A stretch of DNA of 64,000 nucleotides from the human T2T-CHM13v2.0 reference genome, Homo sapiens, in assembly GCF_009914755.1 (NCBI RefSeq), contig NC_060933.1. One strand, 5' to 3'. Positions 12,950 to 27,413 of this stretch are shown one piece after another. How positions within the stretch are numbered: position 1 is the stretch's first letter; the number at the start of each line of letters is the position of its first letter. The notes under the pieces were generated by a model. It saw only the letters and a list, made by a program, of their open reading frames with translations. It was not told the origin of the DNA and did no database searches. Both the position numbers and the translations under genes were made by a program.

Positions 12950-13735
12950 ATGACCAAACAGCTTCTGTGTGTGGCCTGAAGGACACTTTTATTTTCTATA
13001 GCTGCAGGGCTGAGAATGCTTAAAATCTAACAAAGAATCTCAGTATGTATCAGATGAATTACAATGAATGTTTAACTTCTAGCTTCAAAGGGTATTTATT
13101 GTTAAAGTGAGGGCATTGATTAGAAAAGAATAGGATCTTGTAAATTGAAATGTGGACATGTGGGAAAATCCTGTTAAGGCTGGGGACATTGGGACCCTAA
13201 ATTCTGATGTCTTCTTTGCTGGTGGAAGAAGCTTCCCAAGTCCCAGTAAAAGTAGCCTCCTCATCCCCGGTAGTAGCAGCTTCTCTAACCCCTCTCTACT
13301 TGCAGCTGAAAGGATTAGCCCTGCATTGCATAGGGACACTGTAATGTCCTCCTAAGAGGCAATTGTAATGCAAGACAATGCTGATTGTCCTCAGGAACCA
13401 CCCACACTACCCCTCTTTGATTGTAAGCCTGTAATTAGACTCAAGTTTCAGCAGGATTCAAAAGTTAAAATACATAGTATGACCCATGAGGAGGTGCATA
13501 CTCTACCCTCCAAAAATATAACTACTTGAGTTTTCTGATATATACTGGCAGAAGTCCAGGGAACATGTGTAGGAATGGATATTAAGAGTACGGGATAATG
13601 GATAAGGGTATGGGATAATGAATCAGCATCCAACACTTGGTCTTGTTTCTCCTATAACCAGGATTTGTGGGGCTAAGAATCAAGGGGTAGAAATAGGAGT
13701 GAGACCACTTACAATTCCCTCTGGTGACCCACTAG

Positions 13736-14067
<332 letters not shown>

Positions 14068-14971
14068 TGCACAGTCTTATACTTTGCTGGCCTAGAGGTT
14101 TTACTTTCAAAGGGAGAAACACTTCCACCAGGAGTCGCAACAATGATTTCATTAAATTGGATGTTAAGACCGCTACCAAGCTACTTTGGATTCCTCGTGT
14201 TTCTGAATTAACAGGCAATTAAAGGCATTATTACTATGTTGGCTGGAGTTGATTCTGATTACCAAGGGGAAATCGAACTACTACTCTACCATAGAGGTAA
14301 GAAAGAGTATGTCTGAAATACATGTCATCACGGTAGGTTACCTCTTCTTACCATGCGCTATGATTAAAATCAATGGAAGACTACAACTCAATTCAGTCTG
14401 AGTTACTAATTGCTCAGACTCTTCACAAATAAAGATTTGGGTCACCCCACCAGGTAAAAAACTACTACCAGCTGAGGCATTTGCTGAAGGCCAAAGGAAT
14501 ACAGAATGGATAGTAAAAGAAGCCAGTTACAAATAACAACTATGACCACATGGTCAGTAAAAGAAACAAAAAATTAATTATCATGAATATTTCTCCTTAT
14601 TTTGTTATTGTCCTGTATATATATATTATATATATACACACATATATTTATATAATATGTATATGTATTTTCTTTTCTCTCTTATTCCCTTATTATGTAA
14701 CATAAGATGTATTGACTTTGTATCATAGTATTTAAGTAGCATTGATTTTTCCATCATAGTATTTACTTTATAAGATATCAAGAACAGTAAACATCACTCA
14801 AGGAATGTACCTCCTCTTCTAGGGAAGGGGTTAATTCATTTTTGTTGCATGCAGGATAGATGCAACATGTTAGAAGAAGTTATGGTTCTTATGACTTGTT
14901 ATTATCTTATCTTGTTATTCACTATGGTATAAGGTGATGCATATGGATGTCAGGTTGATAAAGGCAGGTTT

Positions 14972-15340
14972 TATGATGGTTATTTTATGTGGCACCTTGA
15001 CTGGATTACAAGGTATCAAAATATGTGTTTAAATGTTATTTACAGTGAGCCTGTGTGGGCAGTTCTGAATGAGATTAACATTTGAATTGTTATAATGAGT
15101 AAAGTAGATTACCCTCCCCACTGTGGGTGGGCCTCATTCAATTTGTTAATGGCCTGAAAAGAACACAAAGCTGAGCAAAAGACTCTCTGCCTGATGCTCT
15201 TGAGCTGGAATATTGTTTTCCCTCTGCCTTCAGACTTGGACCGGAACTTAGACGCTTGTCTCTGCTGGTTCTCAGACCTTTGAGCTGCGGATCTTGGGAC
15301 TTCTCAGCCTCCATAATTTTTTATAATTTTTCTCTCTCTT

Positions 15341-15403
<63 letters not shown>

Positions 15404-15460
15404 TCATGCAGAACAAATATCCTCTTTGTTTTGTTTCTATGGGGATGCCTGACAAATAAC
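14972..15460 (+). mobile_element. MLT2D/MLT2C-like LTR (3' LTR of the ERVL element)
   Basis: 'tatgatggttattttatgtggcaccttgactgg...gagattaacatttgaatt...tgggtgggcctcattcaat...gatcttgggacttctcagcctccataat', preceded by a PPT-like 'caggttgataaaggcagg'. Confidence 0.85.
15343..15403. repeat. (CA)n(GA)n compound microsatellite inside the MLT2 LTR
   Basis: Direct reading: about 17 CA units followed by about 12 GA units. Confidence 0.97.
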
Positions 15461-16765
15461 CCAAATGTCCAACAATTGAGGAATGGATAAACAAAATTTG
15501 TTATATCCTACAATTAAATGCATTTGGCAATAAAAACCAATAAGGAAATAATACATGCTACAATATAGATAAACCTCAAAAATATTATGTTAGGCGAAAG
15601 AAGCCAGATTAAAAAAAAATATTATGTTAAGTGAAAAAAGCCAGATTGAAAAAAAAAACTCATTATATTCATGTAAAATGTCCAAATTAGGTGAAATTAT
15701 AGTGACAGAAACTAGGAGTTACTAGGGTGGGAAGGAAAGAATACACAGTGGCTTCTGGTGGGCATAAGATTTCATTTTGGGTTGAAGAAAATGTTTTCAG
15801 ATCACATTTAAGCAGGATATTTCCCTGACTCCTTCTCAAGACTGGTGACAGGGGTGCCCCGTTTACTCAGTCCACTGCTTTCAACTCCTCATGGGAGGGA
15901 GCACGTGAGTGAACGAGGAGGGAACTGGAGTACATGAGCAGTGGAACCAGCTGGCCAGTTTGGCACCAGCAGGAGGGAACTCTACTCACTGGGACTTGCT
16001 GTGCTCCACCCCTCGCAGGAGGGAGTGCACAGGCGAGCCGGTGCAGGAATCAGGGCAAGTACTTCTGGGCGCCGGCCGGAGTAAATTCTGTGCAGGCCCT
16101 GTGGCAGCATCTGTGGGGATGCCTGCAACTCCCGAAGCCCCAGTGGGCATGTTACAGTGCTCTTTTAGTTCTGCTGTCCGCAGACGGCTCAAGTGTTAAC
16201 AGTTCAGTGGGCTGGTAAATGCAGGGGAGTTTACTGCCAGTGAAAGTGGCTCTCAGCAGGAAGAGGAGTGGAATAGAGGATGGGGGATTGTAGGTAATCT
16301 TCTCCTGAAGTCCCTCCATCTCTAGCCAGATTCTTCTCCGAAGTTACGTCAAACAGCTTCTCTTGGACATCCACCCGTAGTTGTCCTGGCATCCAGCTGC
16401 TTTTTCTCTCCACGTCCAGATGCTTCTCTTCTCTCCTGCTCTGCAGGTGGAACCTGGAGATTTTATGGATACAGGATGGGGGGCAGGGCGGCCAGGGTGG
16501 TTTTGGAAAAAGCAACATTTGCAGGAAAACAGGGATATAAGTTCTCACTTTGGGCCGTGGTCTCGGGCTTTTCAGCTTGAGGGTGGGGATTTGCCAAGGA
16601 CCTGCCCTTTTCTGCCTAGAACGTCTCTGCCTCCTGTCCCTATCAACATTGAGGTGATGCTTTTACAACTCAGCAAATATACTAAAAATCATTGAATTAT
16701 ACATGGAAAATGGGCAAATTTTATGTTATGTAAATTGTATCTCAAAAAGGCTCTTTAAAATTTTT
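15461..16765 (+). mobile_element. L1ME/L1MB-class 3' end, split by an LTR
   Basis: 'aacccaaatgtccaacaattgaggaatggataaacaaaatttg...tttcattttgggttgaagaaaatgttttc' resumes after the LTR as 'gaggtgatgcttttacaact...tgtaaattgtatctcaaaaagg'. Confidence 0.8.
15808..16645 (-). mobile_element. LTR27/LTR28-family solo LTR (ERV1)
   Basis: Reverse complement starts TGATAGGGACAGGAGGCAGAGA...CTAGGCAGAAAAGGGC and ends ...CAGGGAAATATCCTGCTTAA. Perfect 4-bp TSD ACAT (15804-15807, 16646-16649). GC-rich relative to its surroundings. Confidence 0.85.
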
Positions 16766-17224
16766 TAAGTGAGAGAAAAGTTAAGAATTTATTAGAAAAT
16801 TAGAAACAAGAAATTTTAAAGGAAGTTACTCAGATCAAAGAAAAATGATACTAGAAGGAAATTTGGATTCGTACAAAGCAATGAACAAAACCCAGAAATG
16901 GTCACTATGTGGGTAAACATAAAATATATTTTGCTCATGTAAAAATATCCTTAAAATGTAATTTACTGTTCATGGAAAAACAATAAAAATGTATTAGGGG
17001 TTTATAATATATCAGCATGTAGCATAAATACATAAAAGTAATAGCTTAAAAATGGAGGGGGAGACAGTGAAGTGATGTTTGAAGTTTGATGTGAAGTGGC
17101 ACAGCATTATTTGAAGGTGGATTGTGATACGTAAGTGGTATATATGTTAATATCTAGAACCACACTTTCCAGCAAGTAAGCCATTATATGCATGTGACTA
17201 CTGAGCACTTGAAAAGTGATGAAT

Positions 17225-17577
17225 GATACTATGCAGCTGTGAAAAAGAACAATATTATGTCTTCTGTAGGAACATGGGTGGAGCTGGAAGCTATTATCCT
17301 TAGCAAACTAATACGGGAACAGAAAGACAAATACTGCATGCTCTCACTTATAAGTGGGAGCTAAGTGATGAGAACTTATGAACACAAAGAAGGTAACAAC
17401 AGACCCTGGGGTCTACTTGAGGGCAGAGGAGGGAGAGGAGCAGAAAAAATAACTATTAGCTATTACGCTTAATACCTGGTTGGTAAAATAATTTCTACAA
17501 CAAACCCTTGTGACATGAGTTTACCTGTATAACAAACCTTCACATGTACCCTCAGACCTAAAATAAAAGTTAAAAAA
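17225..17577 (+). mobile_element. L1PA13-15-like 3' end inserted in Charlie5
   Basis: 'tactatgcagctgtgaaaaagaac...ctcacttataagtgggagctaa...ctaaaataaaagttaaaaaaa'. Degenerate TSD aaagtgatgaatg / aagtatgatgagtg. Confidence 0.9.
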
Positions 17578-19031
17578 AGAAGTATGATGAGTGTAACTCA
17601 GGAGCTAAACTCTTAATGTTATTTAATTTTAATTTATTTTATGTTAAATTTATAAAATAAATCAATGTAAAATAATTTCTATTAAACACAAATCTGTTGC
17701 ATCATGAAAAATAATATTTAATTGGAGTGTGCATGTTGGGCATATTTATCATTTCTAGTATTACATATAAACATATCATCATTATAGTTCCAGTTAAAAG
17801 TTGATTATTTAAATTGCTTTTATTTTATATGCACCAATGTATCATTGTAAAGGCTTTATATAAATATTCATGAAGACAGCATGAGTTATAACAATATCAT
17901 TGCAAATTATAATTAGCTTTTAAACTTACATAATTATTATATTATTTATAATATGATCAAATTATTCTGTCAGCTTTAAAGATGTATGAACAAATTTTGA
18001 AATTTAGAAGAAAACCATAGTACTGGTACAGGATCAAAAGTGCAAATGCAAAATAAATTAGTGCAAATGAAAAGTTAAACCAGAAGACATTGAAAGTATG
18101 TTACGAATTTCTCTAGGAGATTCCAAATGGAAAAATTATAAGGACTTTCTTTAGCTTGAGTTGATTTGGGTAATGCAACAGAGAATGTGCAATTAATATC
18201 TGTAAGAAAAGTTTGCATTCAAAACTTATAATTCACAAATAATTGTCATCATTTTGCAATCTAAAAATTTGAATTTGTGGTGGAGTTATATTTTATTTTT
18301 GTTAAAGAAGAATATAAACTAGACATGAAAGAACTAAATTTTTGTCTTGACAGCTATCTTAGGTCAAAAATATAAATAATTATTAGAATGCTGAAACAGG
18401 AAACTAATGTTTCCTTCATTATTTCATTCTAATGTATTACACTTATTGAAAATATTTGTACTTGGTTTCTGAGGCCAACTTATTAAATTGTCATGTATAC
18501 AGTTGTGAGACTTGTGCAGTCTATATGATAGATGCTATGCATCCTCAAGAGTTTATCGAACTTGCAGAAGAAATAGAAGATAATAAATATTAAATTTATA
18601 AACTTGTTTTCTTTGCTACTTACTTCTGGTTCAACATAGAAGAGTTTTCTAGAAAATTATTTACTGTACTCTTAATTCCAATTGCAGATTTTCTTGAAAC
18701 TACAAAGTCTATCAAATATTTAATAATCAAAGACAAAACATGACAGTGTAATGTGTATTTTCTTGTAGATATCACACCGAATGTGAATTGAGTTCAATTT
18801 GAAGCTCAAAGAAAGGAAAAGCTTATTTTTTATTCAAATTGACAGATATAAAATATATATTAAAAAGGAACATTTTCAAAATAGAAATCGATAATTTTAC
18901 ACATTTTCTAATGTAAATCAACATGCAGATGACTTTAGTTGTGATTTACAGTGTTTTATACACATATGCATATGGTGAATACAAAAATCAAAGACCACTC
19001 TATGGGCAATTATAAATTTAGAGTTTCATAG

Positions 19032-19766
<735 letters not shown>

Positions 19767-19768
<2 letters not shown>

Positions 19769-19820
19769 GCCTCAGCCTCCCAAATGCTGGGATTACAGGA
19801 GTGAGTCACCACACCCAGGC
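19767..19820 (-). mobile_element. Alu 5'-head fragment fused to the L1MA
   Basis: 'ctgcctcagcctcccaaatgctgggattacaggagtgagtcaccacacccaggc' directly abuts the L1 truncation point. Confidence 0.88.
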
Positions 19821-20384
19821 TCAATTTAGTTTTTAAAAAATAATTACATATGTTTTTAAAAGTTGGTTATATTAATCTACATTTTAAACTGTATATTTTA
19901 TGAATACAAAATATGCCAAATATCTCCAATTAAAATTTAACATTGAAATAGAGATGCACCATAAGCATAAAATCCACACCAGATATCAAAGACTTAGTAT
20001 GAAAATTTTAAAGTGTCTTAATAATTTACATAGATTGAAATAATTGAAAGTATATGGAAAGAATTTGAAAATATTTTGTATACTTGGTTACATAATATAT
20101 ATCAATACAATTAAATTCACCACTTTATTTTTACTATTTTTAATGTGAATATCAGAAACTTAGAATTACCTATCAGGATCACACTACATTTCTCTTGAAC
20201 ATCACTTCCTTAGAACAACCGCTAAAAAAATATGACAAAGATTTAGAGTAAATAAGGTAACAGTGGACCTAAAATAAAGTCATTAAAATATTCAAATAAT
20301 ACAAGTTCAGGGAAAGAAGAAAAGAGGAGACAAATAGACTTTATTGATTAAAAGCCTTCAATAAATATATTTCAAGATCCTGAC

Positions 20385-20675
20385 ATTTGGAGGATTTCTG
20401 TTTCTGGACAAAAAAAGAAAAATAGAAAAATAAAGGAACACATCAAAATATATGCAACAATGTTTCAGAAGACTTTGAATTAGACATTAGACAATGAAGG
20501 ACAATGATCCTTGAGAGATGGAAACCAACAATTTCAGCACTACTGTTGTCTCACCTTAGTGTCTACCAAGAGTTTCCATGACAAAACACAGGGATAGAGA
20601 ACATAGGAGACTATCTAGGGTGACAAGATGGATACTAGAGTTCAGAGAGACCAAGGTAGCTAGAGTTTACAGATG
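20385..20675 (+). mobile_element. Ancient L1M 5'UTR-like fragment
   Basis: Resembles 10080-10400 ('aaaatatatgcaacaatg...gatccttgagagatggaaacc...gagttcagagagaccaaggtagctagagtt'). Confidence 0.55.
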
Positions 20676-22870
20676 TAGTAATCCTCACCAATGCTTGTTT
20701 CTGTATGTCTTTTGGATTACAGTCATTCTGGAGGGTTTGACATGATATTTCATTGTGGATTCAATTTTTAATAATTAATGATGTTGAATTGACCATTTTT
20801 TGTGCCTACAAGTCATTCATAAATTTTATTTCATTATATATTTGTTCAAGTACTTTGTGAAAATTATTGGGTTTGTCTTATTAGGTTATATTACATATAT
20901 GGATATATATATATAGTTATATATACACAGAAATATGTACATATATATTCATGATAGAATGTTTTATCAGATATCTGATGCAAGTATTTTCTCAGCCCAT
21001 TTTGTAGCTTGTTTGTGTATTTTTTAAATGTGACTTTAAATGAAAAAGTAGTAATTCTGATGAAGTTCAAATATCAATTTTTAAAAATTCCATGTGATTT
21101 GGTGTCACATGTGAGAAATCTTTGCCTAACTTAAGATTATGAAGATTTGCTGCTCCTATGTTTTCTTGTAACTGTTATATTTAGGTTTATAATTGTGTTG
21201 GGGTTCCCTAAGACCACTACCAAGTTTGGTGATTTGGTAGGTGGACTCACAGGACTCAACATAAAGTCATACACTCAAGTAAGATTTGTTACAGTAAAAG
21301 GACACAAATAAATAGCCATAAAGGGAAAAGATACACGGCGCTGAAGTTCAGAAAAAGCAGGTACAAGCTTCCAAGAGTAATTGTAGAATCACAGAGGAGG
21401 CATTTAAGTCCTCTAGGATCTAATTGTCACAACACATGTAAGATGTTGCATATTAGGAAAGATTATTACAGATTTATGGCCTATGGTTTTTCCTGGCGGC
21501 AGGTATTATAATGTAACCTGTCCTTAGCATCTATGAAAACTCGAGACTACCAGAAGGAAGACAAGTATTCAGAATAAATTATATTTTTCATACAAACCAC
21601 TTAGGCACATTGAGCCATGCCTATCATTTAAGGAATGGTGAGAATACTCCTGAAATTCATTCTTAGGCATTAGCCAAGGGCCCATTTAGCAAGCATGACT
21701 TTCTAATGATAGTATTCTCAGGCCTGCTATGTTAACTCTTTGCTGCACAATAATCCACTCGCGTTACTTTTTGTACACGGTATGAGATAAAGTTCTGATT
21801 TAATCTTTTTGAATGAGGATATCTAACTGTTCCAGAATTATTCATTGAAAAAAGTATCCTTACCTACTGAACTGCTTAAGCACCTTTGAGAAAATCAATT
21901 GACCATAAATTTAAGGATTTTTTCGGAATTCCAATTCTAGGCCATTGATATATATGTTTACACTTTTGTCAGTATCATATTTGATTACTGCGTTGTAAGT
22001 TCTGAAATTTGATAGTGTAATTTATCTAATATTATATTTCTCTATCAAGATTGCTTTGGCTATTTTCAGTTCTTTGAATTTTCATATAAATTTTGGACCA
22101 GCTTGATAACTTTTTTAAAAACATCAGTTGGGATTTTGATTAAAAATTTGCTGAATCAATATATTAATTTGTGGGAAATTTACATAACCCCCCAAACATT
22201 ACCTTTCCCAATCTGTAAATATATCTCTTTGTTTATTTAACATTTCATAATCTCTTTCAACAATGTTTTATAGGCTTTTACAGTTAACTGTTACAGTTCT
22301 TCTCTTAAATTTATTTCTAAGTACTTCATTATTTTGATGTTATTGTGATTTAATTAATTTCATTTGCATTTTGTTTATTCTTAGTATATAAAAATATAAT
22401 TATTTTAAAAATTGATCTTATGCTCTGAAATACGGTTGGCCTTGTGGATTCTGCAGGATTTTCTATACACGAAATCATATTGCCTGTTAATAGAGGTTTT
22501 TTATTTCTTCCTTTATAAACAAAATGCCTTCTGTTTCATTTTCTTTCTTTCTTACCTTGAGAGAACCTCCAGTATAAAGTTGAATAGAAAAAGTGATTGT
22601 GGTCATGCTTGTCTTGTTCCTGATCTCAGGGGAGAAGCACTCTGTCTTTCACTGTTAAATATGATGGTATGTGTAGGTTTTCTTATTTTATTGTTGTTGA
22701 TGCCCTTTATCGGGTTGATGAAATTCCTTTTAATCCTAATAAGTTGATAGTCTTCATCGTGAAGAGTGTTGCATTTGTGAAAGGCTTTTACTGTGTCTAT
22801 TGAGATGATCATGTGTTTTTTTGCATTTTATTCTATTAACATAGTATATTCATTGATTTTTCAAATATAT
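20676..22870 (-). mobile_element. L1M (L1MD/ME-class) ORF2 3' region
   Basis: T-rich strand. The minus ORF 22603-22812 reads MIISIDTVKAFHK...KPTHTIIFNSERQSASPLRSGTRQA, which is L1 reverse transcriptase. Split by MER68. Confidence 0.88.
21194..21749 (-). mobile_element. MER68 solo LTR (ERVL)
   Basis: Reverse complement begins TGTGCAGCAAAGAGTTAACATAGCAGGCCTGAG; 556 bp long. Perfect 5-bp TSD ATAAT (21189-21193, 21750-21754). Confidence 0.88.
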
Positions 22871-23360
22871 CCAATTGCCTTTTGGATAAAAAATAAAATT
22901 TGTTGGTTGGTATACAGAGTTCTGCTTGGGCTGGTATCAACAGGTCTGCTGAGTCATACATTGTTACTCTTGCCCTTTCTTCTCTGTTCTTCAGCCATAC
23001 TGGCCTTTCTTTAGTAGTCCAAGATAGTTTTCTCCTTTTTATATGCTCCTCTTTCTGGCTAGAAGATACCTCTAGCTAGAAGATACCTCCTATTACCCCA
23101 CACTTACTAGTTAACTTAAATTTGTCTTTCAGATATTTTCTTAATCATCTCTTACTGAGAGAAGTCACTTTCTCTGTTGTAAGCTCCCAATGCCCCATGT
23201 TGCTTTATCATAGAATTTGTCTCCACTTGTAATTATATAATTTGGGAATAATTAATTCAAACAAACACTTTGTTATTACTTCACATTGTATCACTAATAT
23301 CTAGTAAAGTACCCACAATGTGATGGGCATTCAGTAAACATTGTAAAATGTATGAATATA
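22870..23360 (+). mobile_element. L2 3' region
   Basis: 'ccaattgccttttggataaaa...cagccatactggcctttctttagt...cattcagtaaacattgtaaaatgtatgaat'. Confidence 0.7.
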
Positions 23361-24304
23361 TGAGTCATGGACCAAGAAGTGAAAGATACTTTAGCAGTAT
23401 TTTGAGGTATCTGATAAGTTCTAAGAGATGTGATAAGGCATATTCTGGAAACTTCCAGTATTTTCACATGTCTGTGCCATTAAGTTTAGGTTGGACTGTT
23501 GCCAGAAATAAAGCTATAATTTTAGATAGGTATTCCTTAATGAACCTACTATGTCATAGTAAGTAGTATTATTGTATCCTGGTTATTTCCAGTTATTCAA
23601 GCTTGGATATTTTAGTCATTACTATTTTCTCTCTTTTAAATTTCAAACTTAACTATTTAGCAGTCTTTCAATTATTTTTGCTCTACAATGTTCCTTCTAT
23701 AATTATAGTTTATATTTGCATTATTATAGTCTTCTGCTGTTGTTTCAAATTTATTGTCTTTACCTTTAGATTCTTCTACATCAATCCTTGTGTCATATGT
23801 AAAGGTAAAAGATTTTTTTAAAAAGGGCAAAAACACTTCAGAAAACACTAATAGCATGGTTTGATTGTTGGGTGAGATGCATACAATGGAAAGTGTGAGG
23901 CCTGACAGAGATCCAAGTGACAACTTAATCTTGTCCTCCTTAGAAGTTTTTATGAATCATACAAACTATGAAGGAAAAAGTGAAATATTTTAGGCAAAAT
24001 AACTGTAGTAAAAAATTTTTCACTTTCAGGTATAGGAATATTCCAACAGTATAAGTAATTAATTTAAAATAGTGAAGTTAATAGAGAAGTCTGACGGGAA
24101 TTATTATAACCTGCCTCGGTTTCCTTATCTTTCCTGAATTAATGTTTGCAGAATGCTTTAAACAGAGTTTGATGCTCAGGAAAGCCTTGACAATATCTTC
24201 TATTATTATTCCTATATGATATTTGTATTACTGAAGATAATGTAAATTACTCAAAGTTTCTTCCTCAACAATGAGTATGGTGCATTATAAGTAATGAGCT
24301 AATA

Positions 24305-24941
<637 letters not shown>

Positions 24942-25029
24942 GTATGTTCTCAATAAATACCTGTGGACTAATTGAAAAACAAATCAAGGATAAAGTCATG
25001 GATAAATTATACTCAAAGGAAAGCTATAA

Positions 25030-25165
25030 AGTAGGTACTGCTGTTATTGACCCTCTTTACAGATGAGAAATGAGATTTAAGGGTAGGTATTATTTGTTCA
25101 ATATCATTTAGTGTGTACAGCCATGACTCTGACATTAAAATTTATGTTCCTAGCCTATACTTTTT
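25030..25165 (-). mobile_element. MIR relic
   Basis: 'gtaggtactgctgttattgaccctctttacagatgagaaatgaga' matches the MIR core on the minus strand. Confidence 0.6.
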
Positions 25166-26380
25166 ATAGCCTGTGCTCTGTACCAGCATTCAAGAAGCTG
25201 CAATACTTTTAAAATGCCAGACATTATTTATTTGTTTACAATACTTTATCTTGAAAAAATATGTACACTAATTCTATATAATTTGGGGAGTTTGAAAACT
25301 AGTTATTATTTATTTTCACCTTGTAGTAAAATATTATATTATCTGATGTCGAATTTTTAATTCAGTAGTTCTAATGTTTAAATATTTATAAAATGTGTTT
25401 TAAACATTTTGCTGAGCCAAATATATCAGATCACACTAGGAAATGCAACCCTCGTGGAAGTAAATAATGTATGCTAATCATCCTCTTCTATTTCTCGCAG
25501 ATGGTGTCACATTATCTGTCAAATTAAACTCATGATTGTGTTTTTATTTTAAATTATGTACATAAACTATATCTTAAGAAAAACAGTCATTTCCTTTTTG
25601 TTATTTTTATGTTATTTTCCTTCTCTTTGCAAATACCTTGAATACAAGGAAGATCATGTTTAGCATAAAAATCCCAAGTTTAACACCCAAAAAGCAAAAT
25701 ACTCATTAAATATACCAGCAGTAATAGGCTTATATGCATTGCTACTTTCTGGATTTCAATGGAAGGGTTTTGGATGATGTTTTTAAACATGAAGTGATTT
25801 GATTAGAAAGTCAATGAATATAGCTCTTGAATTCTATAAAATGCATGTAAGTACATGTTGATATATTAATGCCAATGATTCATTCTAAGGAACAACAAAA
25901 GTGGATATTTAACAGATTTATAATTTTTTCCTTCATGAAATGAGATCATTCTAATCTAATATAATAAAAGATACCTAGGCTAGATTTTACATAATTATGA
26001 AATATTATAAATTCTCAGAAGAATAGATTTGTGTCTCAGAAACAGTAAATTCATAAGACTACTCTGATATTGATTTAATCCTTTTAATATATTTTATAGA
26101 ATTCTTCTGCATTCACTTCCCAGCATCTAAGAAGCATTAACTTTATGACAATTTACCTCAATGAAGGTATGCTGCTTTTTTAAAAATGTACTTAATACTC
26201 TCCATTATATTTCATAGACAACATTCTCAATTGAATTTTATGTTACCACTGTTCTCCATTTTCTGCCCCAACTCAACACATTCTTCAACCATTTCAATCA
26301 GATTTCTAATCTTGCTTTATTTGAAAAGTAGATTAAGTTCATATTGATAAATCCAAATTGCATGACTCAGGTCTTAGTCC

Positions 26381-26442
<62 letters not shown>
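26381..26442. repeat. (AT)n microsatellite, about 30 units
   Basis: Nearly pure AT run with one AC interruption, abutting the FLAM poly-T. Confidence 0.98.
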
Positions 26443-26456
<14 letters not shown>

Positions 26457-26568
26457 GAGACACTGGGCCTTCTCATGTTGCTAGGCTGGCCTTGAACTAC
26501 TGAGCCCAAGTAATCCTCCCACCTCAGCCTCCTGAGTAGATGGGACTACAGACTCACACCACTGCAAC
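26442..26568 (-). mobile_element. FLAM (FLAM_A-like) free left Alu monomer
   Basis: Poly-T then a single monomer 'gagaca...ctaggctggccttgaactactgagcccaagtaatcctcccacctcagcctcctgagtagatgggactacag'. Confidence 0.85.
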
Positions 26569-27024
26569 ATCTTATTTCATTTTTGAGGTATATTCAGCAG
26601 TCAATACTTTTGACTACTCTCTCTTTCGTTAAATCACTGCGTTTCCTTGAAATCAATTTTAAGTTCCTGGTTATCCTTTTACCTTAGTCTATTTTGCCCA
26701 GATAGTTTTGGCATTTTTCTCATTTCTTCTCCTCTAACACTTAAATGATGAAGTTCATAGGACCCTATACTCCCTTGGTGATCTCATCTACTCTCATACC
26801 TTTAACACCATTTATCATTTACTAACCTGTATCTTTAGTCCAGATTTGCCTTCTCAGCTATAAACCTGTATTTCCCACTGATACTTGTCATCTTTATGTT
26901 TTAGGAAAGTCTCAGCCTTAAAATTTCAAATTCAAACTCATATTCCTTTCTTTCTGCAAAGATGTGCCCAGTTCATTAATTTGACCATTACTTATTGTTT
27001 TCAAATTGAAATCTTGGCATCAAC

Positions 27025-27095
27025 TTTTTAAATTGACAAACAAAATTTTATGTATTTATGGTGCACGACATGATGTTTTGAAATATGTTTACATC
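27025..27095 (-). mobile_element. Short L1MA 3'-terminal fragment
   Basis: 'tttttaaattgacaaacaaaattttatgtatttatggtgcacgacatgatgttttgaaatatg'. Confidence 0.75.
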
Positions 27096-27346
<251 letters not shown>

Positions 27347-27413
27347 ATCTTGATTTCTCTCATTTCCATTTCCTACAGACCTGACAACTGAATATATATT
27401 GACTCTGTCCACT

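Noticed and set aside
18000-18900. Possible domesticated hAT transposase gene
   Set aside because: Multiple stops and frameshifts, and no ORF of 60 aa or more in the track.
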